Assembly: GCA_977018835.1 (NCBI GenBank)
Contig: OZ361260.1
Location: 248,001 to 312,000 of the forward strand
Source of the DNA: Minutocellus sp. GHC0000111
Taxonomy: Eukaryota
DNA length: 64,000 bases
Direction of reading: 5' to 3'
Shown here: piece after piece, positions 1 to 12,552 of the stretch
How the letters are laid out: each line of letters begins with the position of its first letter
How positions within the stretch are numbered: the stretch's first letter is position 1
The notes under the pieces: generated by a model
Told to the model about the DNA's origin: nothing
Seen by the model: the letters and a program-made list of their open reading frames with translations, nothing else
Database searches by the model: none
Made by a program: the position numbers and the translations under genes

Positions 1-1446
1 CCATGGGAAGTGGTCTCACTTTCCGATTCGATATGATCGGTACTGGAATCTCGGATGTGAGAGTTTCTATCTCAAGTTGGAATCTCAAGGGCAAAGGAGG
101 AGCATCAGCTGCGCTGGAATAAGGGTTATCGGAACACAACCTCGGCAACAACGCCGAGTCGCTCTCTCGAAATCGTATGCAGTCAAGAGCTCTAGCGGCA
201 GCTGCGTGTTCCGCATCTTTCTTCTTTCTGTACCATACGACGTCGACTGCTCCACCATCACCGTCCACATCTTCTGATGATATTTCGTAAGGGGGATTCT
301 TTCCATTGTCAACCAAACGGCCACAGGTGAAGCGTTCGACCCCATTTCTAGGGTCGGTGAAGACAGATGAATGGGCCATGTGGTGATCATCACCATTGCT
401 AAAGCTGTGGAAGTAAGCGCCGATTGATTCAAAGTCCAAGTAGCGCTCTTGAAAGTACTGCTGAAGCTGAGCTTTGGGGGGCGGTGCATGTCGGTCTTCT
501 GCTACATTCGAAACCCCATCTTCATTCTCTGTCAGCATTGGACCAGTGCTGGCACGTGAAGAAACAGGCGCGCTCCTTGGTAGAGATGGTGCATCCGCTG
601 GATTCAAATAGGGTTGATCGATGCACATGCCATATGCTTCTTCTCCGTCGGTGCTACGAAAGGAAATACAATCAAGGGCCCTCGCTGCAGCGGAATGTCG
701 AGCGTTTGCCTTGGAAGAGTAGCACGGAAGCAACACAGTCTTCCCATCGATCGACGGCACTTCCACCATTTCGTATGGTGCCCCTTCCACCGACCACCGA
801 GAAAGTGCTCGCCATCGAAGGGGTTGGTAAAGAGTCCGACAAATTTGTATTTCATGTCCTTTTTCTTGGACATGGTATCCTCGCACTCCCACACGGTGTA
901 GTCCGTATCCTTTGCTATTTGGAGCAGCTTGGTATCTTAATCGCTGCCGAATACTTTGATCAAGCATGAGCACGGCTGTCCTGATATCTTGGCGTTGAAT
1001 GCGTACAGTCGGCTGCGATTCGGGCGAGGTGTAGAATCTGTCTCTTCGCCATCATCCACCCCCTTCATTTTGGCATCATCAACTAATATGTCTCGCGGTG
1101 TCCATTCCTTTCCTTCCGTCTCTTTTGCTTTCACAGTGGCCCACCCATCATCTCCTTCGGACTTGGTATTCCATACTCCACAATCAACATCCGACCGCTG
1201 TCCCCATGGTTTTGCCGCACCTGTCGAAGCGCCATCATGACCACGAGCATGGCCGGTGTTCCAAGAACTCGATGTACGAGTTGGCGTCTTCACCTGCCCC
1301 CGTTGACCCCATCCTCCGTCACCTCTCGGCAACGAGGGTGGGACCTGCTCCTCGCTACTGTGAGGCATCGATGGAGTTTGATGGCTGCTCCTGGGGTCTT
1401 TCAGTAGCCCGAGGCAAGTATCTCGATCACGCGGTTTGGTGGGCAT
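1..1446 (-). pseudogene. Protein with two dsRNA-binding-domain-like repeats; runs off the left edge; disrupted as assembled
   Basis: Manual translation gives two repeats: FTNPFDGEHF..GRW...YSSKANARHSAAARALDCISFR and VFTDPRNGVERFTCGR...WYRKKKDAEHAAAARALDCIRFR. These resemble the dsRBD C-terminal helix. There is an in-frame TAA at 937-939 and a frameshift in a G-run near 781-784. Confidence 0.6.
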
Positions 1447-2060
1447 GGCGCGAGGCGCGAGGTGGCAGTGAGTTGCTTTGAAGAGAATGAAGGCAGCTTG
1501 CAGCCTATGGCAGCTTACGCAGTGGCAAAAGCTCATGATCCGGCATGTGCACTCTCGGCGCCATGGCGGCCTCGCGGCCTCGCCTCCCCGCCCACAGCTG
1601 CTGCACAGTCAGTCCAGCAGAGCAGCAGCAGCAGCCGCAGCTTTGTGAGGAGGTTGCACAGGTCAAGGCGGTCGAGACGGAAAGAGGACGTAAATTAGAG
1701 GTATTGGAAAATACCTGTATTACTAGTCTAGACTAGTCCAGTGAAGTAGATCTAAGTGTGCATTTCTTCAATTGTACCGGTACATGTGATGCTATGCCGT
1801 TGTCAAACCTCGGTAGAGTCTAATGGCAAGGTTTCTCGCGAGCATCAGCGATACATAAGATAAAAATTCAATGCTATCGCTATTCATGGCTACGAAGGTA
1901 CTAATAACTGTCTCTACCTTTAGATCTAGTTCTTATCATCAATGGGCAGTGCACCTGAGAGACATTGCTCATCTCAACCACAAGGAACAAAGAGAGTGCC
2001 ACGACAAACATGAGGTAGTACATCTAATAAATCAACACACATCCCATAGAATATATATTT

Positions 2061-3414
2061 CTACTCATCGGCCTTGGGCGCTTCTTCGTCCTCCTCCTCG
2101 GCCTTGACAGTCTTGTCAATAGGGGCAGCGATATCCTGGGTATCTCTCCAGTAGTACTTCCACACAAAAATGGTGGCAATGGCACAGATGGCGATGGGAA
2201 TCACTGCGAGGAATAATTTAGAAAAGATGTGCAAAAAAGGGTCAGCGCTTCGATTTCAAATTTGATTTTTCAAATTTCAGACAAACACTGCCGAGACCAC
2301 TCTCGTCGAATTGAGGAAGAAACTGGAGGAGCATTGCTGGCTGTGACAAGGAGGCCTGGGCCAAACTGGACAAGAGAACTGGAGTGATGTGCGGCGGGCA
2401 CATCCAACTGCTCTGGCGGCCCTTCCAAAGAAGCCGAGGCGAAGGTGGTGCACAACGACCGCTCCTTCCTCGTCACAGCGGAAGGAAGAGCCCCAGTTCG
2501 TGGCACAGGTCCCGGCCAAGTCGACATCGTCCAGGTCCATTCCCTCTCTGACTTCGATGAAGCCATCGAGAGGTCTCACAGGAAGGGTGGACCTGCAGCG
2601 ACAATGGTCTACATGTGCCTGTCAGGGCCTACGAATACTGACAGTGCTCGCGAGATTGAGATGCGGTACCAGGCGTTGGCCAAGGACAAGGGTGTGACGA
2701 ACAGAACCGAGGACGACGACTATCATCCTGGGAGTATCAGCCGTCCTCAGGAATATCCATTTCCACCTTGCCGACAAGATCGGCGCCGACATCGGCAGCC
2801 TTGGTGTAAATGCCTCCAGCAACACGAGCGAAGAGGGCAATGGAACTAGCACCAAAGCCGAAACCGGCGAGGGAATCCATGGCATAGACCAGGGCGAGTC
2901 TCTCGTCCTCGCTACGGTTGATGGTCATGAGGTAGAAGAAGAGGGAAAGGCCGAAGAGACCAAGGCCAACGACGGTGAAGCCCATGACGGCACCGCCGGT
3001 GAAGGCAACGCGCAGAGCCTTGGCAAGACCCTCCTTGTCGGCGGCCTGGGTGGTACGAACGTTGGCATCGGTAGCAACGGCCATGCCCCCCCAACCCGCA
3101 AGGGCAGAGAGACCGGCACCGGCAAGGAAGCACCCGCCCATGCGGATACCATCGAGACGATCGTTGGCAGCCGTGGGGGGATCGGCCGAATAGAGTGCCA
3201 CAAGGAAGGCAAAGAAGACGGCGACGAAAAACGACAAGTAGAAGTACTCAGTCTTGAGGAAGGAACGAGCGCCGGAGGCGATGAGGTCGGACAGCTTGTT
3301 CATCTCATCACTTCCACGGGGGGCTTCCTTGAGCTGTAGAATTGTGAGAATTGATAAGAAGGAAGAAAGCAAAGACGAACAAGCGCATATAAATGAGAGA
3401 AAAATCAACGCAAT
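2061..3414 (-). pseudogene. Membrane H+-translocating pyrophosphatase (H+-PPase), internally deleted
   Basis: 2737-3408 encodes the N-terminal part with GGIYTKAADVGADLVGKVEMDIPED, then breaks off before the expected DPRNPA. A hydrophobic-then-acidic C-terminus (LAVIPIAICAIATIFVWKYYWRDTQDI...ADE*) at 2061-2212 has similar codon usage and is probably the 3' end. The expected start codon reads ATT (aaccATTgcg, 3412-3414). Confidence 0.8.
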
Positions 3415-3729
3415 GGTTTATTTTGATCTCTCACGCAATGGTATCTTTTGAGCTCAAATTATGTTGTGCATATTATGTTTGTGCGAAATGCAAAACCAGG
3501 CTCTGTGTTGACCACCGACCAGTTCTCGCGCGCGCTCCAAGGAATAGGCAGAACGATCAAACCAATCGAGCAATCAACTAAACACTCCGCCCCCGAGCAA
3601 AGAAAGGCAATAAATTGCCTGCCTGCAATTGCATGCATGCACTCCGAACATATTTATTTATGCGGCCGTATCTTTATTTCCAGCACAAAGAAGTCGAGTG
3701 TTTTCTTTAATTAAAAAAGCGGGAACGCA

Positions 3730-4083
3730 ATGATGCCTTACCTTGCGCAGGAGCCAAAAGACCATGAGGCCAGCGAGGCCGCCAGCGACCAAGCTGAGCG
3801 AGACGAGCTCGATGGGATGAGCGGTGGGTGGGTTCGGCCAGGTTCCCATTTTTCAATGATGGGGAGGGGGCTTGAAGTGTTGTACGGAAAAGATACTTAT
3901 GCGCGTGCTGGAGTGCGGGGAGGATGCGAAACACAGCAGGAAGATGTGTTCGACTGTAGATACACAGCGGGATACAAAACCAAACAAGGTGAGGACAGCA
4001 GGCAGAGATACGCCACTTGCTTATCAACAACGGGGTTCGATTGGGATGTGCCAATGGATCTATTTTATGTGATGGGTGTGTGA
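3730..4083 (+). CDS. Hypothetical 117-aa ORF or gene fragment
   Basis: ATG-initiated ORF with protein-like composition; no family recognised. Confidence 0.3.
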   Translation: MMPYLAQEPKDHEASEAASDQAERDELDGMSGGWVRPGSHFSMMGRGLEVLYGKDTYARAGVRGGCETQQEDVFDCRYTAGYKTKQGEDSRQRYATCLSTTGFDWDVPMDLFYVMGV

Positions 4084-4343
4084 TGGACTTGCCAGCTAGC
4101 TGGTCGTCGGCCAATGCGTGTCAATTTGAGGTTACGATCCACCACTTTTGGGAAATTAATGAAATTTTTCGAGGCAAGGCCTTGACTCTTGGTATGTTCT
4201 TGAGGTTCCAAAGAAAACCATTGAGAACCGTCCCGTCACATGCAAAGTTTCTTTGTACTTCTCGATTGAAGGACAGACTGTGGCTCATTCATTATTTTCA
4301 GCCAAACGAACAAGAGAGACAAAATTGCTCCACGGTAGGTACC

Positions 4344-6389
4344 ATGGCGGAAGCGTCGGGTCCTTCAGCCGGCAGCGGCGGCGGACCACCCAAACGCGGC
4401 GGCGGCAGTGGCAGCCGGCGCAGCGCAAAGCGCGGCGGGCGGAACCGTCGGGGCGGAGGAGGGCGCGGTGCCTTCTTCTCCTCAGCAGCCGCTGCTGCCT
4501 CCTCGTCCGGCGGCACCGGCAACACCAAAAGGACCAGCAAGAGCAAGCAGCAGCAAAAGACCAAGAAGCAGCAGCAGCCCACCGGTCCTCAGCTGCCCAC
4601 CCTCAAGGTGGCCGTGCGCAACATCACCGATGCCGGGCGGCACGGCACGGCGACCGACGTGGTGGCGATGGTGACCCGTCTGATCAAGGACGTCAACAAC
4701 AGCACCTGCAGCTCGAACACCGGCACTGGTACTGGTACTGGTACCGGTGCGTCGTCGTCGTCACCTTCCGAGCCCAGCTCCTCGGCGGCAGCCCTGGCCG
4801 CCGGGATGACCCCCCCGGTCAAGCTCTGGCTCGACCCCATGTCGGCCCGGGCCATTTGTATGCCCGATCGGGCGCGGGATCTCCAAAAGAGGCTCCAGGA
4901 GGAGCAGGAGGAGGCCGAGAAGCAAGAGGCTGATGAGGCAGAGCAAAAGGAAGAGAAGGCGGAACAGCAGCAAGACGGAGAGGGAGAGGATGCCGATGCA
5001 GCTGCCCCCGGGTCAGGGGAAGGCGAAGAGGACGCCGACGTCAAAACGAAGGCATTGGAAGGAGATGCCACGGATACGAACGAAGGCGACGGACAAGCCA
5101 AAAAGGAAGTCAATGCTGAAGGTCACAAGTCCAAGGCGAAGAAGCAACCTGTTTTGTCATCGACGGCCGGATGCATCCCCATCGAGAACGATGCCAACGA
5201 GGGCGGCGATGGTAGCAGCAACAGTGGCAGCAGGGGCAAGGCAACCGATATGGAGAAGGAACCATCCGACAAGGATGCCATCTCCGTTCGGATCGTTTCC
5301 GTCACCCCTCCCAAGAAGACCCGGCGGAGGGGGGAAGTCGGGGGGACGGCATATCTCGTTCTGACCCCTCCGATGCCCGGCTGGATCAGAGGAAAGATGG
5401 AGGGCAAAGGCGGCGGCGGCGGCAATTCCAAGGATGCCGACACCAACGCAGCGGCAGCGGGAACAGCAGCAGCAGCTGGAGCGGATGAAGCAGAGAAAGA
5501 TGAAACGAAAGAAGGATCCTCTCCGTTACCCCCGACAGGCCCAGCCAGCGCCACGAATAGTTCCACCATTACGCCTGCTGATCGGTCCAGGGCACTGGCT
5601 CAGTCCCGCCTTCACCTGCGGTTGGCTTTGGAGGTCCTTTCAGCTATGGCGGAGGCGGATGCCAAGTCCTCGCAAACCTACGGACTCTCCGCCGTGGTAG
5701 CCGCCCCGGCCCAAAAGGCTTGGAAAGATCGCGATCCCGCTCGCGTAGCGGTCCTACCCGACCTCGGCGTGGAGCGATGGAAGCGGCCCATACCAAGTGT
5801 CGATCGTAGGTATGACTCCACATTGGAACGGAGCGCAGACTACAAGGACTTCTTGGAGAGGGAGCGTATTAAGGAGGAGGAGCTATCGGCCCGGAGCAAG
5901 CCGACTCCGGGTGGAATTGGCGGCGACGGCGGTGGGGGAGGAGCCGCAACTACAGCCGACACTGCTCTTGCCGATCTGTCCGGCGCCTTTGGTGTTGATG
6001 CCGAATCTGGACACGCCCTATCAGCTTTGGTCGTTGAGTTGCGCAAGAAGCGCGAGGCCGAGAAGGAGAGGGAACGGGAAAAGAAGGCAAGGAAGAAAAA
6101 GGCCAAGGCCGAAGCCAAGAAGAAAAAGGCCAAGGCTGAAGCCAAGGTTCTGGCATTAGCAGGCGGTGGCAAGGGTAGCAAGGGTAGCAAGGTTGGGAAG
6201 AAAGGCGGCGGGAGGAGCGGTACGAGTAGTAGCAAGAAAAAGAAGAAGAAGAGCAAATCCAGCGGAGGTCCAAGCGTCGCTCCAGGCGCGGTCTTATTGA
6301 AGCGCGGCGCTGGACCGAGTGGTGGCAATGCCGCCAGTACTAAGTCAGGTGGAGGCAAAGATGGCAAACAGAAAAGGAAGAAGGCGTAG
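4344..6389 (+). CDS. UPF3: UPF3/Smg4-like nonsense-mediated decay factor
   Basis: LKVAVRNI...VVAAPAQK...DRRYDSTLERSADYKDFLE...SALVVELRKK follows the Smg4/UPF3 domain pattern, with a Lys-rich C-terminus. Confidence 0.6.
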   Translation: MAEASGPSAGSGGGPPKRGGGSGSRRSAKRGGRNRRGGGGRGAFFSSAAAAASSSGGTGNTKRTSKSKQQQKTKKQQQPTGPQLPTLKVAVRNITDAGRHGTATDVVAMVTRLIKDVNNSTCSSNTGTGTGTGTGASSSSPSEPSSSAAALAAGMTPPVKLWLDPMSARAICMPDRARDLQKRLQEEQEEAEKQEADEAEQKEEKAEQQQDGEGEDADAAAPGSGEGEEDADVKTKALEGDATDTNEGDGQAKKEVNAEGHKSKAKKQPVLSSTAGCIPIENDANEGGDGSSNSGSRGKATDMEKEPSDKDAISVRIVSVTPPKKTRRRGEVGGTAYLVLTPPMPGWIRGKMEGKGGGGGNSKDADTNAAAAGTAAAAGADEAEKDETKEGSSPLPPTGPASATNSSTITPADRSRALAQSRLHLRLALEVLSAMAEADAKSSQTYGLSAVVAAPAQKAWKDRDPARVAVLPDLGVERWKRPIPSVDRRYDSTLERSADYKDFLERERIKEEELSARSKPTPGGIGGDGGGGGAATTADTALADLSGAFGVDAESGHALSALVVELRKKREAEKEREREKKARKKKAKAEAKKKKAKAEAKVLALAGGGKGSKGSKVGKKGGGRSGTSSSKKKKKKSKSSGGPSVAPGAVLLKRGAGPSGGNAASTKSGGGKDGKQKRKKA

Positions 6390-6975
6390 GCATGGCTTAC
6401 TTTGCACCTGCTTGGCTATATTGGTCACTGTCATTTATGTGTGTACACATACATCTAGTGCCGGTACTGGATCGTGCAGGACCTTCGGACGCAAAATGTC
6501 AGGTTCCGCTGCTTACGTTAAAACAGCAATCCACTCCAATTCGTCGGACGCCGATCTGTTCTTTGCCTTTGCCTGCAATGAAACAACTCGATTATTGCAT
6601 CTCTTCATCTCTAAGCTACGTAGTGGTGCAGTTGTTACGTAGCTAGAGCAAGTTCCCAAGGGTCAATTGGACGGATCGATCAGGGATCAAGAGTCGTTAC
6701 GTCGCTACGCGCGTCGTACCGGTCCTTGTCTTTTTGTAAAAGAAGAACAGAAGCTAGCTACCGGTCCTTCTCTACATTTTAGATCTACGCGAGAGCAAGG
6801 CAACACACAGATTACCATCATTGAATTTCTCCATGCACACATGCCTTCACAGCAGAATTTAACGATAAAATAGTTATTCCCACCTACGCGTACCGTAGGT
6901 CTTGCTCTGCAGATCTATCTAGATCTATATCTACGTGTGCCGGTGTGTAGATTCCTGTAACATAAAAAGCATGTA

Positions 6976-8474
6976 GAGTGATTTCACGAGAGAGCAGACA
7001 CCCCCTCCGCGATGTTTCGTAAACATTGTACCAACTTCCTTTTATTGATGATCCTTACTCAGAAGGGTATTGTAGACCATAATCAACAATAAAAGGAAGT
7101 TGGTACAATGATCTTGGTGCTCTTTTAGCACATGATATAGATACGGTATTAGAGTGTTTCTTTTGGTACACTATTGTTTGAAAATTTATTTTTATGTCGT
7201 AGAATACACTTGTGCTGTTTCAAGAAAGAAAAAATACATCAAACTTTATAACGAAACAAAACCCATTTCGTTCAACGAATGGGGCCACAACATGTGTCGC
7301 CGACGTGCCTCCCATTGAGAACAATCAAGACTACGGGGCACCATACCCTTGTAATAGCCTTTCACAACACTGTGGTGCAGCAGGAGACTTGCAATTACTT
7401 TTTTGAGCCTTGAAAAATTCGTTCGCGTTAGACCCGATTTTTTCGACAGTTTCCGACGTTCCATCACGACCATGTTCGCCCGATGTACAGCACCACCCCG
7501 GCCATCGCATACACTCTGACCACCTAGATGCCTTCCTGAATATTACTGGAAGGGATTTTTGGGCGATAGCGGTGCGTCGGTGCGTGCCTGTACCGCGAAA
7601 TGTGGCCCAGCGCCATTACCACCCCCATTACACCACCCATCCGAAAGTTGGTCCGGATGCTTTTATGCGGTCCATGCACCACTTCCGTTGCACTGAGCCG
7701 TCGACGCTTCACCCATATATATACCAAGCGCATTTGAGTGGGGGGTGGTGGCATTTCTTGACAATTCATAGAGAAAACTATTCCCAAAGTCCCGTGTCTG
7801 ATGTCGGCACCAGATTTCACCTTCATTGCTTCTGCCGCCCGAGAGGAACGAAACCGGAGAAAGCGGCCAAACCAACACGTGAGATCGATGGATGTAATAT
7901 AGAATGAGCATCGTGCGTGCTGATATTGCGTGAAGGAGCAGTGGTTGAGGCTTGAAGGGGGTTGTAGTTGGGGATTTGCTACTTTCAGATGTTTTTGCTT
8001 TCCATGGTGACGGCCACAATGATACAAAGATGGGGCCCAATATCGACCCTCTGGCGCAAACTTGCTCTCAATATTACCCAAGTGAAAGTAATGCCGGTCA
8101 GGGAGGATTGAAATGGATGTAGACAAGCATCAGCCATCATTCTTTGCCATTTTGAGGGTAAAAATATATTGAAAATTTCTGGGCATGAGGAGATGTTGCT
8201 AAAATAGCACATGATGTACGAATGAGTTTGCTTTCAAGTATGCAATACTCACCTAACGCATGTAGTTGGCGTATACATCGGTTGGCTTGGAGTTATTTAT
8301 CGTTATACCATCATTTGGTGGCCTTCTTGTGGAGATGAATTCTCCTTGCTTTCGCCGTGTTGAGAGAGGCCATTTAGTGGGTTCATTTTTGCGCTGCATA
8401 AAGTATCGCACAAAAAAATTTCCTAGTGCCTTACTATTTACGGCGATTTTGTCGGCGGTCTCGTGGAATCACTC
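6976..8474. mobile_element. ~1.5-kb non-autonomous TIR DNA element with TA target duplication
   Basis: Ends are TA|GAGTGATTTCACGAGA and TCTCGTGGAATCACTC|TA (16-bp TIR, 1 mismatch). The interior is AT-richer than the flanks and no transposase is recognisable. Confidence 0.7.
7024..7110. repeat. Long inverted repeat (29-bp arms, 1 mismatch) inside the TIR element
   Basis: CATTGTACCAACTTCCTTTTATTGATGAT ... ATCAACAATAAAAGGAAGTTGGTACAATG. Confidence 0.9.
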
Positions 8475-8679
8475 TATAGATCTACTTGACTAGATCTACC
8501 ATAGCACGAATTCATGCATTGTTTCATATCATTTCTCCTTCCTTTTTTAAGACAGTAAGTACCAGTATTTCACCGCCTTGCTGTCCATAATATCCTCACA
8601 AAACGTCTACCGGTACGGAATGTTGCCTCAATACATCCACCAATGCTGCAGCGTGCGCTGTGTCATGTTGTGCACATGT

Positions 8680-9621
8680 TTACGACATAAAAAGCTTCGT
8701 ACATTGCTCCTTGGTATCATCCGGGGAGGTGACGGTGTGGCCCTTGGTCCGCTCGTGAGTGAAAATCTCAAAGTCGTTGCCGCCCTCAAAGGTCTTGTCG
8801 CCGAAGAAGTGGATCTCATCGAAATCACCCTCGTCGAGGAACTTCAGGCAGTACGTCTTGTCCCAGCCGGTAGGGAAGACATCGAACGAGATCTGACCGC
8901 CGATGCTGAACGTGAGGTTGAGGTCCTTGAACTCCTCCTTCATGGCGGCGACCATGTTCTTGCGGATGTTGTGCTCCAGATCGAACTTCTCGTAGTCATT
9001 TCGCTCCTCGCGAGAGCAGTTGCGACCAATGGGGGAGATGTTGAACATACCCGACCTGAACTCAATGAAGGTCCCACGCTGAGTACGCGAGCGATGTGTG
9101 TCACGAATACGCATGTGAAGCAAAAAAGGGATGTATTGTGAGTACGATACATATATTTGAATTGCAAGAGATCTGGTCACTCCGACAAATAAATGATAAA
9201 TACTTCAAATACATGCAAGTGCAATTGCAGCACATGCAAAAATGCAACGGCATCAACTCACCTTGACCGGAATGTCGAGATCGGCAAGGTACTTCATGAC
9301 CCAGTTGACAAGCCTCTTGACGTTGTCCTCTCCAAGGTGCTTCGAGATGGTCTGGACCTCCAGGAGCTCTCCGTTCTTGTAGGCCACAAGACCGTTCTGG
9401 GAGAAGTTGTAGGGAAAGACCTTGGCAACTCCCACTCCGAGCTGCTCCTCCTGCTTGGGAAGGTCGGAGCCGCCGACGATACCGACGGTGATCTTCTTGG
9501 AGAGGGACTTCATGAAGTCCATCATCTCCGGCGTCACCTCGCCACGGGGGATGGTGAGAGTACCATCCACGTCGAAGAGGGCACAGATACGCGGATTCTC
9601 GGGGTCGGTGGTCTTGCTCAT
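8680..9621 (-). CDS. PMM: Phosphomannomutase (HAD family), 2 exons; intron 9079-9261
   Basis: Motifs [62 protein letters not shown]. The GT-AG intron joins the exons in frame. Confidence 0.95.
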
Positions 9622-9826
9622 CGTTGTTGGTTGTTTGGCGTGGATTTGTGACCGCAAATTTCCAGCAATGCCATCTCAAAGAACCCGGAAAAAGCACTGG
9701 GTCATTGTACGAGGTCTCAATTATGGTGATAAATAAATGAAAAAGACCTCGCGACCCAAGCTCCCGCCCGTCATCCCCCGTCATTCCTCACGGCTGGAAG
9801 TGAGGAGCAAGTGGCGATAAGCAACG

Positions 9827-11950
9827 ATGGGATCGGATACTACTGGTATCGGTAATAGCGCAACAGAAGCATGCAAACACACAACCGTCGATCCCGACTT
9901 TGCGCCTGTAAGCGACGACGGGGTACAGCCAGATGAGACGACTCATTTGTTGCTGCATGCATCGGACAATGGCAACTCACAACGGCAGCAGCCACAACAG
10001 CATCCATCATCGTCATTGTCGGGGGACATGGCGGTGGCCAGATCGGAAGAATACACGAAACCCATCCGATCGGACGTTGTTGAGGACGAAACGGCGGAGT
10101 TTCTGCCGGTTGATTGTCATACATCTTTGCTCGATACCAACTACAACTTCGATCCCAACGCCGTCGGAGCATCGGCACCGGCGGGTCCAAGCGGCAGCGT
10201 TCATGGAATATCATTGCACCAGTTCTTCTTTCCAAGGTACAACCCAACGATCCAGAGATATTATCGATTCACGGCTAGTTCAGAAACCCCCTTTGCCGCC
10301 TTGCACAAGCGACCGGGGAGTGACAGTCGTACTGGAGGGTCCGCCAGCGATACCAGCAACGCCGCAAACAATTCGGGAGTTACTGGCCTTTTGAGACGAA
10401 GTGCTGGTAAGTACCGTGAATTATATACAACCGGTGGAAGACACTTGGCATAAATGGCTTGATGTTGTCGATGAGTTTGCATGTGCTGGGTACGCAACCA
10501 CCTGTATCTCATGTATGCATTGCGTTCTGCTTCCATCCTACCTATAATTTGCGCAACATCGATATTAGTTCTCCCCTCTCATGGCACGGATTCATCGGGT
10601 AAATGGATTTTGGTCAGTGTTGGTGGGCGAAGTGGATGGGCAAGGAAGAAACTGTTTCACGAAGTCGGCTTTGGTGGCAGCACCCGATCGGCTCAGTCGG
10701 CGGCCTCGACTGCCCTATCACCGTACTCTTCGACCATGTCTCTTGGATCATCCATGTCTGTCCATGCTGCGGCAACGTCACAGCAGGGATCCTTCGAACC
10801 AGCACCAACCTTTCGGGCAACGGAGGGGTGGATGGGCAATCATCACTTCCTCTGCAAAGGAAAAATAATGCTTGGCAGTGACGCACCGCTCTTCTTCTTC
10901 ACCAATGCTCTGCTCATCGTTTCGATGGCGCTCTATTATATCATCGTGGTACCACACCTCATGGAACACATACCGAATCATTGGACGGCACAGGCTGGAG
11001 TGGCCATCTGCTGCGGGATACTTGCAGTGATTGCTCTTATTACCTTGTGGGCGACGGCTACTACCGATCCTGGCATCATTCCAGGTGTTTCATCTCCCAT
11101 AAAGCCACCAATTCCTAATGATGGCACACCAATCGGAGGACCGCTGGGCTATCGTTACTGTTCTACCTGCAACATCTTTCGACCACCGAGGTCGAAACAC
11201 TGCAATAGCTGCAACGTTTGCGTTAGCAAGTTTGACCACCACTGTCCATGGTCGAGTACTTGTATTGGGGAACGCAACTATAGATATTTTTTTGCCTTCC
11301 TTGTGGCAATATCGGCTCTAACGACACTGGTGACATTATCTTGTTTGCAAGTTCTGATCAAAGCGTACATGGACGAGGAATCTGCTATTGGCCCGATGTC
11401 GCCTGGCCCAGTAATTACGAGTGGAGATGTCGAAGCGCAAGATGTTGATAGCGATGGCAACCATAGCAGCGATAGCAACCACTATCGTTCGGACCATCCT
11501 ACGGAAGTGCAGAAATTATGGGCGGCCGTATCATCGATGCCACTGGTATTTTTGATGACCATTTTTTGTTTGCTTTGCGCATGGAGTCTGACTTCACTGA
11601 CTTGCTTCCATGTTCTCATTATTACTCTTGCTCAAACAACAAACGAGAGAGTACGAGGCGTATATGCCTACAGCGGGACACGCAACACAGCCGATAAAGG
11701 CTGTCTGCCGAACTGGATGTCGGCTCTCTTCGGTCGTCGTCCTCGATCTAGATTACCAACTGATTTCTCTCAGGTCGTCATTTGCGGTGAATGCGCAGAC
11801 GAAAAGATGTGGGATGTAAGTGCATCGAGTAGCATTGGACAGCTGAGTCCAGAGAGGATTTCAAGCGCCGCTCAATTGGGAGAAGCATTAAGCCGAAGCA
11901 GTAGCGCGGCTGTGGAGGAAGGTAGGGTGGGGGATAACGGCGACTCATAA
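9827..11950 (+). CDS. DHHC palmitoyltransferase; intron 10407-10568
   Basis: [32 protein letters not shown], transmembrane segments and the TTNE motif. Confidence 0.92.
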
Positions 11951-12216
11951 GAGCAAAATATACTACTGAATTCCTAGCTAAGTAGTACAGTCCGCCGGAC
12001 TGCATGATGATATTCATTCGTAGCAAATGGTCGGAAGGCCGGGCATAATTACTACGTTACGTAATTACTTATGCAGCTATTCAAATTATAAACGGTCAGT
12101 GTCGCCCAACGCGCAATAAGATCAACAGGAATCAGCCGGGGCTGATTCCGAGGTCTTGCTCAGCCAAAGAGTCCTCCGCCTTTGCACCGACTCACTCCGA
12201 CACATGAATCGAGAAC

Positions 12217-12552
12217 TTAATGTCCGTCGGCGGCACGGGCCTGCTTGCTGGAGATGCCCCAGATGGGGTTCATGTTGTGATAGCGCATGTAGGCACGGTT
12301 GGCGGCCTCGTATTCGGGGCTGCAGGTGAAGGGCAGGTCCTCGCGAAGGGCGACGGGGACGTAACCGAGGATGGTGAACAGGCTGCAGAATCCAACGATG
12401 GGCTGCCACGTGGGCATCTTGTTGATCTTCTCTACCCACATAGGAGTAGTGCCACCCTCCATACCGTACGCGGGACGGTTGAGAGCCGTGCGGGGACCGA
12501 ACGGAGGGGGCTCGTAAAAGACGCGCACGAGGCGGGGGAGAGTGCGGTTCAT
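12217..12552 (-). CDS. COX4: Cytochrome c oxidase subunit IV-like protein
   Basis: Single TM helix followed by PFTCSPEYEAANRAYMRYHNMNPIWGISSK, the COX4-type C-terminal pattern. Confidence 0.7.
   Translation of the reverse strand: MNRTLPRLVRVFYEPPPFGPRTALNRPAYGMEGGTTPMWVEKINKMPTWQPIVGFCSLFTILGYVPVALREDLPFTCSPEYEAANRAYMRYHNMNPIWGISSKQARAADGH

Noticed and set aside
7410..8212. ORFs inside the 1.5-kb TIR element as a transposase or Fanzor/TnpB
   Set aside because: No DDE, RuvC or zinc-finger motifs were recognisable.
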